Shown piece after piece: positions 61,945-64,000 of a stretch of 64,000 nucleotides of DNA; the stretch's first letter is position 1; the number at the start of each line of letters is the position of its first letter. The notes beneath the pieces were generated by a model that worked only from the letters and a program-made list of their open reading frames with translations, was not told the DNA's origin and did not search any database. The stretch is from Sphaerodactylus townsendi (taxonomy: Eukaryota): positions 84,568,001 through 84,632,000 of the forward strand of contig NC_059427.1 in assembly GCF_021028975.2 (NCBI RefSeq). Direction: 5' to 3'. The position numbers were made by a program, and so were the translations under genes.

Positions 61945-62843
61945 AACAAGATCTACCAGACCACTGCTACACAGCCCAGAAAAACTACCACAACCAGTTG
62001 TACACAGCGGTTAGTGGGATATGAAGCTGTGTCCTAAATGATGCATGGAATTTTGGTAAAAAAATTTAGGAGTCACTGTTTTTAGAGTTTGTTTTACTGG
62101 AACATCAGAGCAGCCAGCCTTTCAAGCTTTAGGTATCAGTTCAACATTTTGATTCACTCAAGCTTTGAGTTGGCTGGTTGTGCTGCATTAGTGTTTAGTG
62201 GTTTTTTTTAAATTTGCTCTTCCATCCTGATTTCTCTTGGACCCACTTGTACTCATAAGATGGTTCCAGTATATTATTGTTATAAATTGATATTTTAAAT
62301 GACTTTGTATTCTTTTATTCTTATGATATTTAATATTGTTTTAGTAGTTGCCTGACTGACATGTAGAATAAAACTCCTCTGTATATAAAACAAATACGTG
62401 TTGATGTATATTTATGAATTTCTGTATATGAATGTAGCTTCCCCAATAAGCACTGGGTTTCTCAGACTATAAGGTTCAGAACTGAATTATTTTTTTGACA
62501 TACGTATTATGGACCTTGAGTTAATATTGTAACAAGTACAGTTGTCATGAGCATTTTAACATAGGACTGCTGTTCAATACGTAAATTAGATAATACAACA
62601 ATGTTTGACTATGCGGTACTATCCTGTTATAAATATTACTGCCCTGTTTAAATACTGCTCTCATGGATGAAATATAAAGATGGCATTATGAGATCATATC
62701 TGGATAAAGTGGCACAGAATTTATGAATTATGTCACATCAGAAAAAATTTATTAGTGTTAAGTTCATCTGTAGCACTTTTAAAAGTTTAACAGCTTATTT
62801 TCACAAGTGACCGCTATGCTGACTTTTTACCCTGAATTTTCAG

Positions 62844-62993
62844 ACGGTTGAAGAAGAAGCTTTAATCAAGAATAATAATACATGTAAAGATTTTCTTATT
62901 GAGGCCATGAAGTATCACTTACTTCCTCTGGATCAAAGGCAACTGATAAAGAATCCTAGAACAAAGCCAAGGACACCAGTCAGTCTGCCAAAG
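62844..62993 (+). CDS. KLHL3: KLHL3 coding exon 8 (BACK end / linker before kelch repeats); gene continues beyond the window
   Basis: CAG| TVEEEALIKNNNTCKDFLIEAMKYHLLPLDQRQLIKNPRTKPRTPVSLPK |GTAATC, 150 nt. Confidence 0.98.
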
Positions 62994-63526
62994 GTAATCA
63001 AATAATAAATCAATAAAACTGAGTCTTGTTGAAGAAGAGGCCAGGCGCAGTTCACACATTTGCTAAACTTAAAAGCACAGTATATTTAGCGGAGCACGGT
63101 CCATATTCCCATGTACCACTGCTTATATAAAGTCTGCATCAGATATTCACACGTGCCTTCATGTGCTGTACTGCCTGACAGTTCCAGTCCTTTTGTCTTC
63201 ATCTTGTGGTGGAGCAGCTGCAAGAGTTGGACTTATGTGAGTCATAGTGTACAGACGTTATCTCCTTGGACAGAGTGGTCCAGTTCAGATGTTCTCCTGG
63301 ACTAGGAAACTTCTTGTGTGGTTGAAGAGTAAGCACTTGCATGCCTTTCCATTATGCTCCTAATGCAGTATCATCTCTAAGGAGGTCTGTCTGCAGAGCC
63401 CCAAATTTCATAATTGTTTCCTTCCCAGTGGTGAGAGGGAAAAGTACAACTTGGCCTTCTGTGTAAGAGGATAGTTGTGTGGACTGTCCTCATTGTACTC
63501 TTATGAGCTTGTTGGGGAGAGGGACT

Positions 63527-64000
63527 CAAACAAACAAAGAACCTTTATTGGCATAACAACATTATATACACAGATCCACTTAACCAAGTAGAGGGAAGCT
63601 AAAATAAATGGACAGGTAGAGAAGGCTGATGTTCAGGATTTGCTCCTAAAGCGCTGTTTTATATACAAATCCAAAAATTTGGTGACTGCATCGTTTACAT
63701 TGCTGCTGGATCTGTCCAACAGAAAGGTAATCTTTTGCAAGTCAGCTGCATACTCTTTTTTGAGTAGCAGAGGTGACCGGTGTTTGACTCTGGGTCCTGT
63801 GTAAAGTGGACAATAAAGTAGAATATGATCTATAGAGTCTACACAGTTCCCATTGCATATGCATAGCCTTAGGTGGTAAGGGGTTTTAGTGAATCTCCCT
63901 GTCGATACGGCTGATGGAAGGGCATTGCAACGGGCCAACATCATTGCTCTACGGAGCCTGGGCACGATTATCTGGTGCAGGTATTGAGCCCCCTTATTAC
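63527..64000 (-). mobile_element. 3' end of a non-LTR retrotransposon (RTE-X-like)
   Basis: ORF 63633-63965 contains RLCICNGNCVDSIDHILLYCPLY, a C-terminal CCHC knuckle. The minus strand then ends GCCAATAAAGGTTC(TTTG)n. The clade assignment is tentative. Confidence 0.75.

Larger units (their letters stand above)
61390..61997 (-). mobile_element. 5'-truncated Penelope-like retroelement with inverted pseudo-LTR
   Basis: Inverted arms about 61423-61593 and 61821-61999, with an 11-bp duplication TTGTACACAGC (61379-61389, 61998-62008). The spacer reads LPVIKNTRIKGQGH... on the minus strand, like a Penelope ORF C-terminus. Both arms carry a hammerhead core. Confidence 0.82.

Overview
Vertebrate genomic DNA. 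The repeat content (Squam3-like, Sauria-like and 5S-derived SINEs, SPIN, Penelope) points to a squamate reptile, most likely a gecko. Two protein-coding genes lie on the + strand in the order known from the mammalian HNRNPA0-KLHL3 locus. HNRNPA0 is intronless (6533-7450) with a CpG-island promoter. KLHL3 has coding exons 1-8 between 21662 and 62993 (BTB + BACK domains; the kelch repeats lie beyond the window), which I spliced by hand into one continuous frame. Almost all other ORFs in the track are spurious. The rest is intron and intergenic DNA with many, often nested, transposons. The most notable observations are: two Penelope-like insertions with inverted ends carrying minimal hammerhead-ribozyme motifs, a young CpG-rich solo LTR antisense to KLHL3, a SPIN-like MITE with foreign filler, a composite hAT-type element built of 197-bp palindromic units, and a uORF plus an overlapping ORF in the KLHL3 leader. 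I found no evidence of a wholly new multi-gene system. Repeat-family names come from recalled consensus sequences, not from a database search.
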